Part shown: piece after piece, positions 56,219-64,000 of the stretch
Layout: every line of letters begins with the position of its first letter
How positions within the stretch are numbered: position 1 is the first letter of the stretch
Source: an uncultured cyanobacterium
GTDB taxonomy: Bacteria; Cyanobacteriota; Cyanobacteriia; Pseudanabaenales; Pseudanabaenaceae
Assembly: GCA_963703315.1 (NCBI GenBank)
Contig: OY969811.1
Location: 2,208,001-2,272,000 of the forward strand
DNA: 64,000 nucleotides
Direction: 5' to 3'
The notes under the pieces: model-generated
Database searches by the model: none
Told to the model about the DNA's origin: nothing
What the model saw: the letters and a program-made list of their open reading frames with translations, nothing else
Translations under genes and position numbers: made by a program

Positions 56219-57802
56219 CTATAGCTTTACTACAAAAGCATCAGTTACGCCTTGAATATGCACAATTTCATCAAGCAAACCGCTAGGTAAAGGATCGTCA
56301 ATATTCAAAACCATTACTGCTTCACCGCGTACCATGCGACGACCGACTTGCATACTGGCAATGTTGACATTGAAGTTGCCTAACAAGGAACCGATCCGAC
56401 CGATAATCCCTGGCATATCGCGGTGCAGAGTCAACAACATATAGTGAGTTGGAGCAACGTTGATCGGGAAATCATTGATGCTGATAATGCGGATTTCTGA
56501 TTTGCCGAGCAATGCACCTGTTACCGACTGCTGACCTTGACTACCATGAGCCGTCAAATGGATGGAGCCACTGTAATCTTCAACGGAAGGATCGCGGGTT
56601 TCAGTAACCCGAATACCACGCTCTTTCGCTTCGATACTAGCGTTGACGAAGTTAACGCGCTCACGCAAGGCAGGCGATAGCAAACCTTTGAGAGCCGCTA
56701 CGACAATGGGCTGACTTTCGCTGTTAGCGATTTCACCTTGGAGTTTGACATCAAGGTTATCCACACGCCCCCCTGCCAATTGTCCAACCAAGTTGCCCAA
56801 CATTTCTGCAAGTTGCAGATAGGGCTTGAGTTTTTGCCAGACATCAGGGCGCAATCCAGGGATATTTACTGCCGATCGCGCAGGTAAACCAAGCAGGACA
56901 TCACGAATTTGTTCGGCAACGTCAACTGCCACATTGGTTTGGGCTTCTTCGGTCGATGCACCGAGGTGAGGAGTCAAGATCACATTTGCGCCGAGTTCGC
57001 GTAAGCCAGAATCAGCTTCTAGAGGCTCGTTTTCAAATACATCAAGGGCAATACCTGCAATTTTGCCACTCTTGATTGCTTCAGCCACTGCCACTTCATC
57101 AATGATGCCGCCTCTAGCGCAGTTAATGATTCTGACACCATCTTTCATAATCGCAATGCGATCGGCGTTAATTAGATGGGCGGTTTCCTTGGTTTTGGGT
57201 AAATGCAACGTGATGTAATCAGCTTCACGCAACAAAATTTCTAGCTCAACTAGATGCACACCTAATTTCTCAGCACGCTCGGCGGTCAAGAATGGATCGT
57301 AGGCGAGAATCCGCATTCCTAAAGATTTAGCAACGGTAGCTACGTGGGAACCAATTTTGCCTAAACCGAGAATACCAAGGGTTTTCTTGTAAACTTCTAC
57401 ACCCGTGAAGCTTTTACGATCCCACTTACCACCCTTAAGTGAGGAGTTCGCCGCAGGGATAAAGCGCGATAGAGACATCATCATGGCGAGGGTATGTTCC
57501 GCAGCAGCGATCGTATTACCCTCAGGAGAGTTAACAACCACAATTCCCATACGGGTAGCGGTGGGAACGTCTACGTTATCGACCCCAACACCAGCACGAC
57601 CGATGATTTTGAGGTTTTTGCCAGATTCGATCGCTTCTTTGGTAAGTTTTGTACCAGAGCGAATCATGATTGCGTCATATTCAGGAAGAATTTGGATGAG
57701 TTCTTCAGGGCTGAGAGTAGTTTTTACGTCAACGGTGGCGACTTGAGAGAGGATATCGATACCAACTTGATCGATGGGGTCAGAAACGAGAACTTTGGGC
57801 AT
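56219..57802 (-). CDS. serA: D-3-phosphoglycerate dehydrogenase
   Basis: IIGRAGVGVDNVD, GILGLGKIG, INCARGG, TPHLGASTEEAQ, C-terminal ACT (DMPGIIG...NIASMQVGR). Confidence 0.97.
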   Translation of the reverse strand: MPKVLVSDPIDQVGIDILSQVATVDVKTTLSPEELIQILPEYDAIMIRSGTKLTKEAIESGKNLKIIGRAGVGVDNVDVPTATRMGIVVVNSPEGNTIAAAEHTLAMMMSLSRFIPAANSSLKGGKWDRKSFTGVEVYKKTLGILGLGKIGSHVATVAKSLGMRILAYDPFLTAERAEKLGVHLVELEILLREADYITLHLPKTKETAHLINADRIAIMKDGVRIINCARGGIIDEVAVAEAIKSGKIAGIALDVFENEPLEADSGLRELGANVILTPHLGASTEEAQTNVAVDVAEQIRDVLLGLPARSAVNIPGLRPDVWQKLKPYLQLAEMLGNLVGQLAGGRVDNLDVKLQGEIANSESQPIVVAALKGLLSPALRERVNFVNASIEAKERGIRVTETRDPSVEDYSGSIHLTAHGSQGQQSVTGALLGKSEIRIISINDFPINVAPTHYMLLTLHRDMPGIIGRIGSLLGNFNVNIASMQVGRRMVRGEAVMVLNIDDPLPSGLLDEIVHIQGVTDAFVVKL

Positions 57803-57971
57803 AACGATTAAAAAATGTACCAGTGCCTATAGCGGGAGAGTTGCGGCTACGTTCTAACTTTATATAAACGCAATATTTTCCGCAGTCTAGACACACTAAG
57901 ACCACAATAATTGCTTACGTCATTAATATTAAGGCAAAATTAAGTAATCTACAAAAGCATCTCCAGAAAAC

Positions 57972-58012
57972 CAGAAGATGAGTGGCGGCGCAAAGCGCCG
58001 CCACTCATCTTC
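57972..58012. repeat. Hairpin nearly identical to the core at 15184-15236
   Basis: AGAAGATGAGTGGCGGCGC-AAA-GCGCCGCCACTCATCTTCT. Confidence 0.85.
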
Positions 58013-58072
58013 TCAAAACTTGCACTGCTATAGAATTATTGTTCAACACCAACTCTAGACTGGGGAGACAGT

Positions 58073-58846
58073 ATGATCGGTCAGTATTTGCTGATTTTTG
58101 CGGCGGCTTTGTTGGCGGGTGGGTTAAATGGCATTGCAGGGGGCGGTAGTTTTATCTTGTTTCCCGTATTAATGTTTGTGGGGCTGCCGCCAATTCCTGC
58201 CAATGCCACTAATTCGATCGCTTTATTACCCGGGACATTAGCCAGTGCAGGAGCCTATCGTCATGAATTTACTAAGGATCGGCGATCGCTGATTCAGGTT
58301 TGTGTGTTAGGCGCGATCGGCGGATTGGTGGGAGCAATTTTGCTTTTAAAAACCCCACCTGTAGTTTTTTTACGGATCTTGCCCTATCTGTTACTGACCG
58401 CGACCTTAGCCTTTGCCTTTAGCAAAAAATTAACTGCTTGGGTAGAACAGAAACAAGAACAATTTGCAAGGCTGAAGCAATTACGAACCGTATTAATTAC
58501 GATTTTGCAATTAGTTGTAGCAATCTATGGGGGGTTTTTTGGCGGCGGCATGGGCATTTTATTCCTTGCCTCCTTTGCGCTTATGGGCATGACCAACATT
58601 CATCGGATGAATGCTTACAAAACCCTATTAACTAGTTGCATCAATGCGATTACTGTGATTCCCTTTGTGATTGCAGGGGCAATTCTCTGGCAAGAAGGGG
58701 CGATCGCGGCGATCGGTGCAGCGATCGGTGGCTATGTCAGCGCTTACTTTGCCCAAAGAATAGCCCCTATTCTAGTACGTCGCTTTGTGATTGGCGTTGG
58801 CTCAGCTATGACTATCTATTTTTTTGTTAAAAGTTGGCTGGCTTAA
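58073..58846 (+). CDS. Sulfite exporter TauE/SafE family protein
   Basis: AGGLNGIAGGGSFI.FP, ANATNS, YGGFFGGGMG, NAYK; multi-TM. Confidence 0.9.
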   Translation: MIGQYLLIFAAALLAGGLNGIAGGGSFILFPVLMFVGLPPIPANATNSIALLPGTLASAGAYRHEFTKDRRSLIQVCVLGAIGGLVGAILLLKTPPVVFLRILPYLLLTATLAFAFSKKLTAWVEQKQEQFARLKQLRTVLITILQLVVAIYGGFFGGGMGILFLASFALMGMTNIHRMNAYKTLLTSCINAITVIPFVIAGAILWQEGAIAAIGAAIGGYVSAYFAQRIAPILVRRFVIGVGSAMTIYFFVKSWLA

Positions 58847-58941
58847 AATTAGGTGTTCAATTGTAAGAATCTTGTTAAGATTATTGAGGCAAATATAGCC
58901 TTAGCTCGTGATTCTCCGTAAATCCAACAGAATTAACTAGA

Positions 58942-60041
58942 TTGGCTCTACCAAATTCTCGAATTAAAGTATTTTTCTTAAGCATCGCCACGATCGCCTC
59001 TGTTGTGGCACTCACCGCAATGTATCTAGAACGCGATGAACTGGTTTATATCAGTCTCGCGGTCATCTCTAGCATCATTCTGCCAATTCTCTTACCGCCA
59101 TTCCTCAAGGCGATCGCTAACTCTCCATTAGGGAAGAAATGGGATATTACCCTATCTAGTATTTTGGCTGGTGTGGCGATATTCATGGCTGCCCATGTCA
59201 CCGAGTTTGATTTTGCCTTTGCGCGATGGTTTGACAGTTTGAAATGGGATGCGTTAGGTGCAGTTGGACAGATCTTAATTGCGATTTTGGCGGTATGGGT
59301 AGCTTGGCGACAAAATCAAATTTCCGAAAGCTTGACAGGACAGCAAAATGTCATCACTCAACAACAAACTATTGATGCTTATTTTCAAGGTATTTCTGAC
59401 CTAGTTCTCGATCCTCAAGGTCAATTGGAAGACTGGCCCCAGAAAGGGCGATCGCTCAAGCCCGAACCGCCGCCTTGCTCGGTGGTTCTGATGCTGATGG
59501 ACGCGCTAAAATTGTCCGCTTTCTATCGAGTGCCAATCTATTAACTCCACTGAAACGAGATGGCTTGCTCGGTCGTCCGATTCTGGATGGTACGGGTGGT
59601 TATGTAGTCGATCTGGCAAATGGAGTACGGGTCGTCAATTTAGGTATGATGCTAGCTGGGCGTGATATTGACAATACCGATTTGCGAAATGCAGATTTAA
59701 GTGGCGCGAACTTACTCAAAACCAATTTTAGTAACTGTGATCTCACTGGCTCCAATTTTGGTGGTGCAATCTTGGTCAAGGCAAATTTTCGTGGTGCAGA
59801 TCTCAGTCGAGTCAAAATGTTTTATGGCAATCTGGAAACTGCTACGCCCCGCGATCGCACCCATCTACCGAACTTCGAGACAGGTGAATATACGGGCGCA
59901 GTGGTAGAAGATGCGGACTTTAGCAAAGCGATCGACCTATCCGAAGAAACCCGCAAATATCTTTGTGCTTGGTGTGGTAAAAAATCTCGTAAAACTATTC
60001 CTGGAGGTTGTGAAGATGTACCAAACAGATTGGGACGCTAA
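58942..60041 (+). pseudogene. Membrane-anchored pentapeptide-repeat protein split by a 1-bp frameshift near 59440
   Basis: Frame 1 reads ...QQQTIDAYFQGISDL...LEDWPQ. The shifted frame continues ERAIAQARTAALLGGSDADGRAKIVRFLS...DLRNADLSGANL. One base appears missing in CCCCAGAAAGG. Confidence 0.8.
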
Positions 60042-60078
60042 AAAAGTAAAGTTCTCGTACTACCAAAACTTTACTTTT

Positions 60079-60399
60079 ATGAGAAGAGCGATTGCCACAG
60101 TTCTCGGCTTACAAGTAGCAACTCTATCCATACTACCCAGTAAAATCTTGGCAGAGACCCAAGCACCTTTAGCAGAAGATACTCCCGAAGAAGTTTTACG
60201 GGCAGAAATCTACACCGATGCGCGATCGCCTATTGATGGCAAACAATTAAGTGCTGCCGAATATACGGAACTCATGGAAAAGTTGCGATCGCTTGATCAT
60301 ATTCCTCCCGAAGATTTAGTTTCCCCCAAGGTAAGAGAAGTAATTGGTTTATTAAAACTGCGTAAATTCTTAAAGCAGTTCATTCCATTTATTCCATAG
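60079..60399 (+). CDS. Conserved cyanobacterial hypothetical protein with signal-like N-terminus
   Basis: EDTPEEVLRAEIYTDARSPIDGKQLSAAEY...LLKLRKFLKQFIPF. Start placed at MRRAI. Confidence 0.75.
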   Translation: MRRAIATVLGLQVATLSILPSKILAETQAPLAEDTPEEVLRAEIYTDARSPIDGKQLSAAEYTELMEKLRSLDHIPPEDLVSPKVREVIGLLKLRKFLKQFIPFIP

Positions 60400-60448
60400 C
60401 CCGTATAGTTAGCTTGTACCGCCCGCTAAATAGGCGGTACAAGCTTAT

Positions 60449-60561
60449 ATAGCAAAAAAAGTTTTCTTAGGACAAAAAACCCAAGAAGAGAGTTGCGGCG
60501 CGGAGCGCCGCAACTCTCTTCTTGGGTTTTAGTTTGTACTAGCTAACTCTTTTTTTGCTAT
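60449..60561. mobile_element. Complete ATAGCAA-family MITE-like element
   Basis: Perfect 13-bp TIR ATAGCAAAAAAAG / CTTTTTTTGCTAT in a TATA context; core AAAACCCAAGAAGAGAGTTGCGGCGC-GGA-GCGCCGCAACTCTCTTCTTGGGTTTT. Confidence 0.8.
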
Positions 60562-60786
60562 AACCCACATTCCGCTCTTATTTTACTGAAAAAAATATTT
60601 AGAAAACAAATCCTTATACAGTAAGTATTTTGGGCTTTCGTCAGAAAAATACCACTATCTTAATATTGTCAATAATGACGTACTAATAGGAGTCATTATC
60701 ATTAATTTTCCAGAAAATCGCTGAAACCCTCATTGTCTCGTTGTAAATATTTTTAGGCCTCCATTACGAGCGGAATGTGGGCTATA
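60559..60786. mobile_element. Non-autonomous element (MITE) with 19-bp terminal inverted repeats
   Basis: TATAACCCACATTCCGCTC ... GAGCGGAATGTGGGCTATA (1 mismatch), with an AT-rich non-coding interior. Confidence 0.75.
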
Positions 60787-60795
60787 AGAGACAAT

Positions 60796-63345
60796 TTACA
60801 AAATAGTCAGTGGATCGACATCGATCGCTACTCTTACAGCTTTAGAATTAACTAGCATTCTCAACTCTTCTAAACTTGGTACATTAGGTAAAATTTCGGG
60901 CATAAACTTTAATAAGATTTGCCAGCGATAACGATTAGCGACTTTAGCGATCGTGGCGGGAGTTGCGCCTAATATATCCCAATTATTCTCTAATTGGCGT
61001 AAATATTCGGCTAATTCATTGGCTGATTTTTCTACAGCTTCTGCATTCTCACTACTCAGATGAATCAACACCATTTGTCCCTTAGGTGGATAGTGCAACG
61101 CCTCTCGCATTTCCAGTTCTGTTTCCATAAATTCATCAAGGCGATAGTTTTGGACTGCTTGCATGGCGGGATGTTCAGGGGTATAGGTTTGCATGATCAC
61201 TTTGCCATCTTCTGCACCACGACCTGCGCGACCTGCCACTTGGAGCAAGGTTTGGGCGGCTCTCTCCCCTGCGCGATAATCTGAGAAATTCAACAATCCA
61301 TCGGCGGACACGACACCCACTAGAGTTACTTGCGGAATGTCTAAACCTTTAGTCAGCATTTGTGTCCCCACTAGTAAATCAGCATCACCTGCACGGAATT
61401 GATCGATGAGCAGTCGATGTTGATCTTTGTTGCGAGTGGTGTCACTATCAAAGCGGATCAGACGGATCTGGGGAAATAGTTTCGCGAGTTCCTGTTCTAC
61501 TTTTTGCGTGCCACTACCAAAATGCTTAAAATAGGGCGAACCACATTCGGGACAGAATTTTGGCTGAATCATGGTGTGGTTGCAATAGTGGCAGCGTAAA
61601 TGCGCTGATTTTGGTTGATGAGCAGTGGTCACAATGGGATCGTGATAGGAGAGGGAAACGTCACAATGCGGACATTCAGCGACATAACCGCAGGAACGGC
61701 AAGATACAAAGGTGCTATAGCCACGTCGATGAATAAAGAGAATCCCTTGCTGTTTAGCTTCTAGCATTTCAGCGATCGCCCCTTGTAACTTGCGACTGAA
61801 AATTGAGTAATTCCCTTCTTTAAATTCATCCCGCATATCCACGATTTCAATCGGTGGCATCGCTTTATTGCCAATGCGATTCGGAAGTTCGAGATAGGTT
61901 AACTCACCTGATTTGTGAGCAAAGATCATTTCCGCCGAGGGAGTTGCCGAACCCATGACAAGGGGGACATTCTCTAGCTGCGATCGCCATTGGGCGATCG
62001 TGCGGACATGGTAACAGGGCTGAGGTTGATCCTGCTTGAAACTATTATCATGCTCCTCATCCATAACGATTAGACCCAAATTGCCCAATGGTGCGAATAT
62101 TGCCGATCGCGTACCAATCACAACCTGTGCTTCCCCTGTGAGCATCAATCGCCATGTATCAAAGCGTTCACCCTCTGACAATTGGCTATGATAGACATTC
62201 ACCTTCGCATCCCCAAATCTGGCTCGAAATCGGTCTGTCAGTTGCGGAGTTAAGCCAATTTCAGGAACCAGCACTAGCGCCGACTTTCCTACTGCGAGGA
62301 CAGGGGCGATCGCTTGCAGATATACTTCGGTTTTGCCTGAACCTGTGACTCCATGCAGTAGCAATTGTGAGGAATTGGGAGCGGCGATCGCCTGTAAGAT
62401 CGCTTGCAAAGCAACATCTTGATCGGGGGTTAAATCTTTGGGGCGATCGCGTTTGACGACATGGCTTTTGCCACCTAAACGGAGGACTTCTTGTTTAGAA
62501 ATTACCACATACCCTTTATCTGCCAGATTATGAATTACGGAACTAGTCGCTTTCGCCAGTTTGCCTAATTCTATTTTTAAGCATTCTCCCCCCTGAAGTT
62601 GTAAGACCTTGAGAACTTCCATTTGTTTAGAACCTAATTTGTGATCAGGTTCTTTTAATAAAGCCACAATCTCTTCATACTTAGGTTTAGGTCGGTTAGG
62701 AAGTTCTAATACTATTTCAATCCATGCTAATTTTTGTAATTCTTTTAAGCCCGAACTTGTATATCTGCCTAACTTTTGATAAACATAGCGGCGACTAATG
62801 CCCTTAGGATTATGGCGATGCTCTTGTAAAAAGTCCCAAACCATTTGCGCCGCTTTGGAAATTGCCCTCACCCCTAATCCTTCTGCCCTCACCCCTAACC
62901 CCTCTCCCAGAGCGAGAGGGGAATTAAAATCTTGCTCCCCCTCTCCCAGAGGGAGAGGGGGCTGGGGGGTGAGGGTCTTAATTCGATAATGCGATTGATC
63001 TAACAATTTCGGTGGTAGAGCCGTTTTGACGACCTGCATTACAGGTGTACGATAGTAATTAGCAGTACGGATCAGCATTTGCCAATAGGTCTTGGGAAAA
63101 ATTCCTGAACTAACCACCGCAATCACGGATTTAATCTCTGCATCCCCAATTTGCGAAGTGTCAGAAACTTGTAAAGCGATCGCCCCCACCTGACGGCTAC
63201 CTAAAGGAACACTAAGAATATCACCAACTTGAATATCGAGATCATCGGGTATGCGATAGGTTAGTAAATCATCAATACCAATACAATCAACGATTACACT
63301 CACAAAGCGATCGCTCTTTCTATCATTCAAGTCAAATAGTTCCAT
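60796..63345 (-). CDS. priA: Primosomal protein N'
   Basis: LLHGVTGSGKTEVYL, LVPEIGLTPQL, DEEHDNSFKQ, GSATPS, Zn-finger CRSCG..ECPHC..CHYC..CPECGS, GTQMLTKGLD, QVAGRAGR, DVDP. Start placed at MELFD. Confidence 0.97.
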   Translation of the reverse strand: MELFDLNDRKSDRFVSVIVDCIGIDDLLTYRIPDDLDIQVGDILSVPLGSRQVGAIALQVSDTSQIGDAEIKSVIAVVSSGIFPKTYWQMLIRTANYYRTPVMQVVKTALPPKLLDQSHYRIKTLTPQPPLPLGEGEQDFNSPLALGEGLGVRAEGLGVRAISKAAQMVWDFLQEHRHNPKGISRRYVYQKLGRYTSSGLKELQKLAWIEIVLELPNRPKPKYEEIVALLKEPDHKLGSKQMEVLKVLQLQGGECLKIELGKLAKATSSVIHNLADKGYVVISKQEVLRLGGKSHVVKRDRPKDLTPDQDVALQAILQAIAAPNSSQLLLHGVTGSGKTEVYLQAIAPVLAVGKSALVLVPEIGLTPQLTDRFRARFGDAKVNVYHSQLSEGERFDTWRLMLTGEAQVVIGTRSAIFAPLGNLGLIVMDEEHDNSFKQDQPQPCYHVRTIAQWRSQLENVPLVMGSATPSAEMIFAHKSGELTYLELPNRIGNKAMPPIEIVDMRDEFKEGNYSIFSRKLQGAIAEMLEAKQQGILFIHRRGYSTFVSCRSCGYVAECPHCDVSLSYHDPIVTTAHQPKSAHLRCHYCNHTMIQPKFCPECGSPYFKHFGSGTQKVEQELAKLFPQIRLIRFDSDTTRNKDQHRLLIDQFRAGDADLLVGTQMLTKGLDIPQVTLVGVVSADGLLNFSDYRAGERAAQTLLQVAGRAGRGAEDGKVIMQTYTPEHPAMQAVQNYRLDEFMETELEMREALHYPPKGQMVLIHLSSENAEAVEKSANELAEYLRQLENNWDILGATPATIAKVANRYRWQILLKFMPEILPNVPSLEELRMLVNSKAVRVAIDVDPLTIL
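62864..62976. mobile_element. CCCTCACCCC-type element inserted in-frame in priA
   Basis: GCCCTCACCCCTAACCCCTCTCCC...GGGAGAGGGGGCTGGGGGGTGAGGGT, translated as TLTPQPPLPLGEGEQDFNSPLALGEGLGVRAEGLGVRA. Confidence 0.85.
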
Positions 63346-63365
63346 ATTGTTCAATCGGTAGTGAT

Positions 63366-63944
63366 TTAAAGGGCATGAATCACATTGGTAACTACACCCC
63401 AAATATGGAAATCGGTATGTTCATCGATCTCAATTGGTTTAAATTCTTTATTCTCAGGCATCAGCCACAACTGATTGAGATCTTTGCGAATCCGTTTGAC
63501 GGTTAATTCTCCATTCACAACGGCAATCACCACATGACCATCATTTACTTCAATCGAGCGATCGACAATCAACATATCATCAGGATGAATTCCTGCATCC
63601 TGCATTGACTCACCAACTACACGCACAAGAAAGGTGGTATCGGGATGTTTGACAAGATGACGATTGAGATCGATATTGTCATCAACATAGTCTTCGGTAA
63701 TTGTCGGGATACCTGCGGCTACAGGGTTGAGATACAGAGGTAGGCTGATTTTAGTTTTTTGTTCGGGTTTGAAGATGGATTGGACAGTTGTACCTAATTC
63801 GATTTCTTGAGGTGCTTTGTGCGCTAAAGCTGCCAAAATTTCGTCAGCAATTCTGATTGGCAATCGCACCGCCTTGGTTGCTTCACCATACTTTCCCGTC
63901 CCTTGGGGGCGACCTGCACCTTCTCGTTTTCCTCCGCGTGGCAT
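63366..63944 (-). CDS. UmuD-like S24 autoproteolytic protein
   Basis: N-terminal RGGKREGAGRP; cleavage site VAAG; IDLNRHLVKHPDTTFLVRVVGESM (Ser); GELTVKR (Lys); IWGVVTNVIH. No LexA HTH. Confidence 0.85.
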   Translation of the reverse strand: MPRGGKREGAGRPQGTGKYGEATKAVRLPIRIADEILAALAHKAPQEIELGTTVQSIFKPEQKTKISLPLYLNPVAAGIPTITEDYVDDNIDLNRHLVKHPDTTFLVRVVGESMQDAGIHPDDMLIVDRSIEVNDGHVVIAVVNGELTVKRIRKDLNQLWLMPENKEFKPIEIDEHTDFHIWGVVTNVIHAL

Positions 63945-64000
63945 AACCTTAACTCCGAATTGATCCGAATTTACTTTTGACAGCGATCGCTAGAATAATC

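Noticed and set aside
59911..60078. Extended N-terminus of ORF 59911-60399, and similar extensions for murF, glsA, the symporter, prmC, priA and the 9964 ORF
   Set aside because: The extensions overlap upstream genes or hairpins, or precede the recognisable family N-terminus, so downstream ATGs were used.
63366..63944. Calling this gene lexA
   Set aside because: It has no LexA winged-helix N-terminus; the sequence fits UmuD-like S24 proteins. No symbol is given because umuC is not adjacent.
1..64000. High abundance of GCGATCGC as a novelty
   Set aside because: This is the well-known cyanobacterial HIP1. Only its paired arrangement at 44.5-46.0 kb and its local absence were treated as informative.

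Overview
This is cyanobacterial chromosomal DNA: the HIP1 octamer GCGATCGC is pervasive, and chlH, a CpcT/CpeT-type lyase, an SLH-porin and Tic20 genes are present. The intergenic hairpin style suggests Pseudanabaena, which is an inference. Housekeeping genes (murF, purD, fabF, acpP, glsA, nadC, chlH, prmC, serA, priA) are interleaved with three accessory features. (1) At about 5.1-19.4 kb lies a partial contractile-injection-system (CIS) module: baseplate J-like, tail I-like, tail-fibre/DUF4159-like and Ig-TM-WD40 genes, with no sheath, tube or spike gene in the window. It contains an output-less Cache-HAMP receptor and is flanked by a Cys-less phycobiliprotein-fold protein, a small ORF, an Asp/Asn beta-hydroxylase and a Cache hybrid kinase. 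(2) At about 44.3-49.6 kb is a toxin-antitoxin/defence array whose first modules are separated by a recurring double-HIP1 repeat, one copy of which sits where a VapC fragment breaks off. (3) A dense population of nested MITE/REP-like palindromes fills the intergenic space, and one element is translated in-frame inside priA. Also noted: a His-less truncated CBS-PAS-HisKA pseudo-kinase, a divergent GAPDH-like gene with a shortened S-loop, two single-base frameshifts, an unlisted 48-aa ORF and an HLR1 (RpaB) motif upstream of chlH. I recognised no rRNA, tRNA, CRISPR array or transposase. All family calls come from reading motifs by eye, not from database searches.
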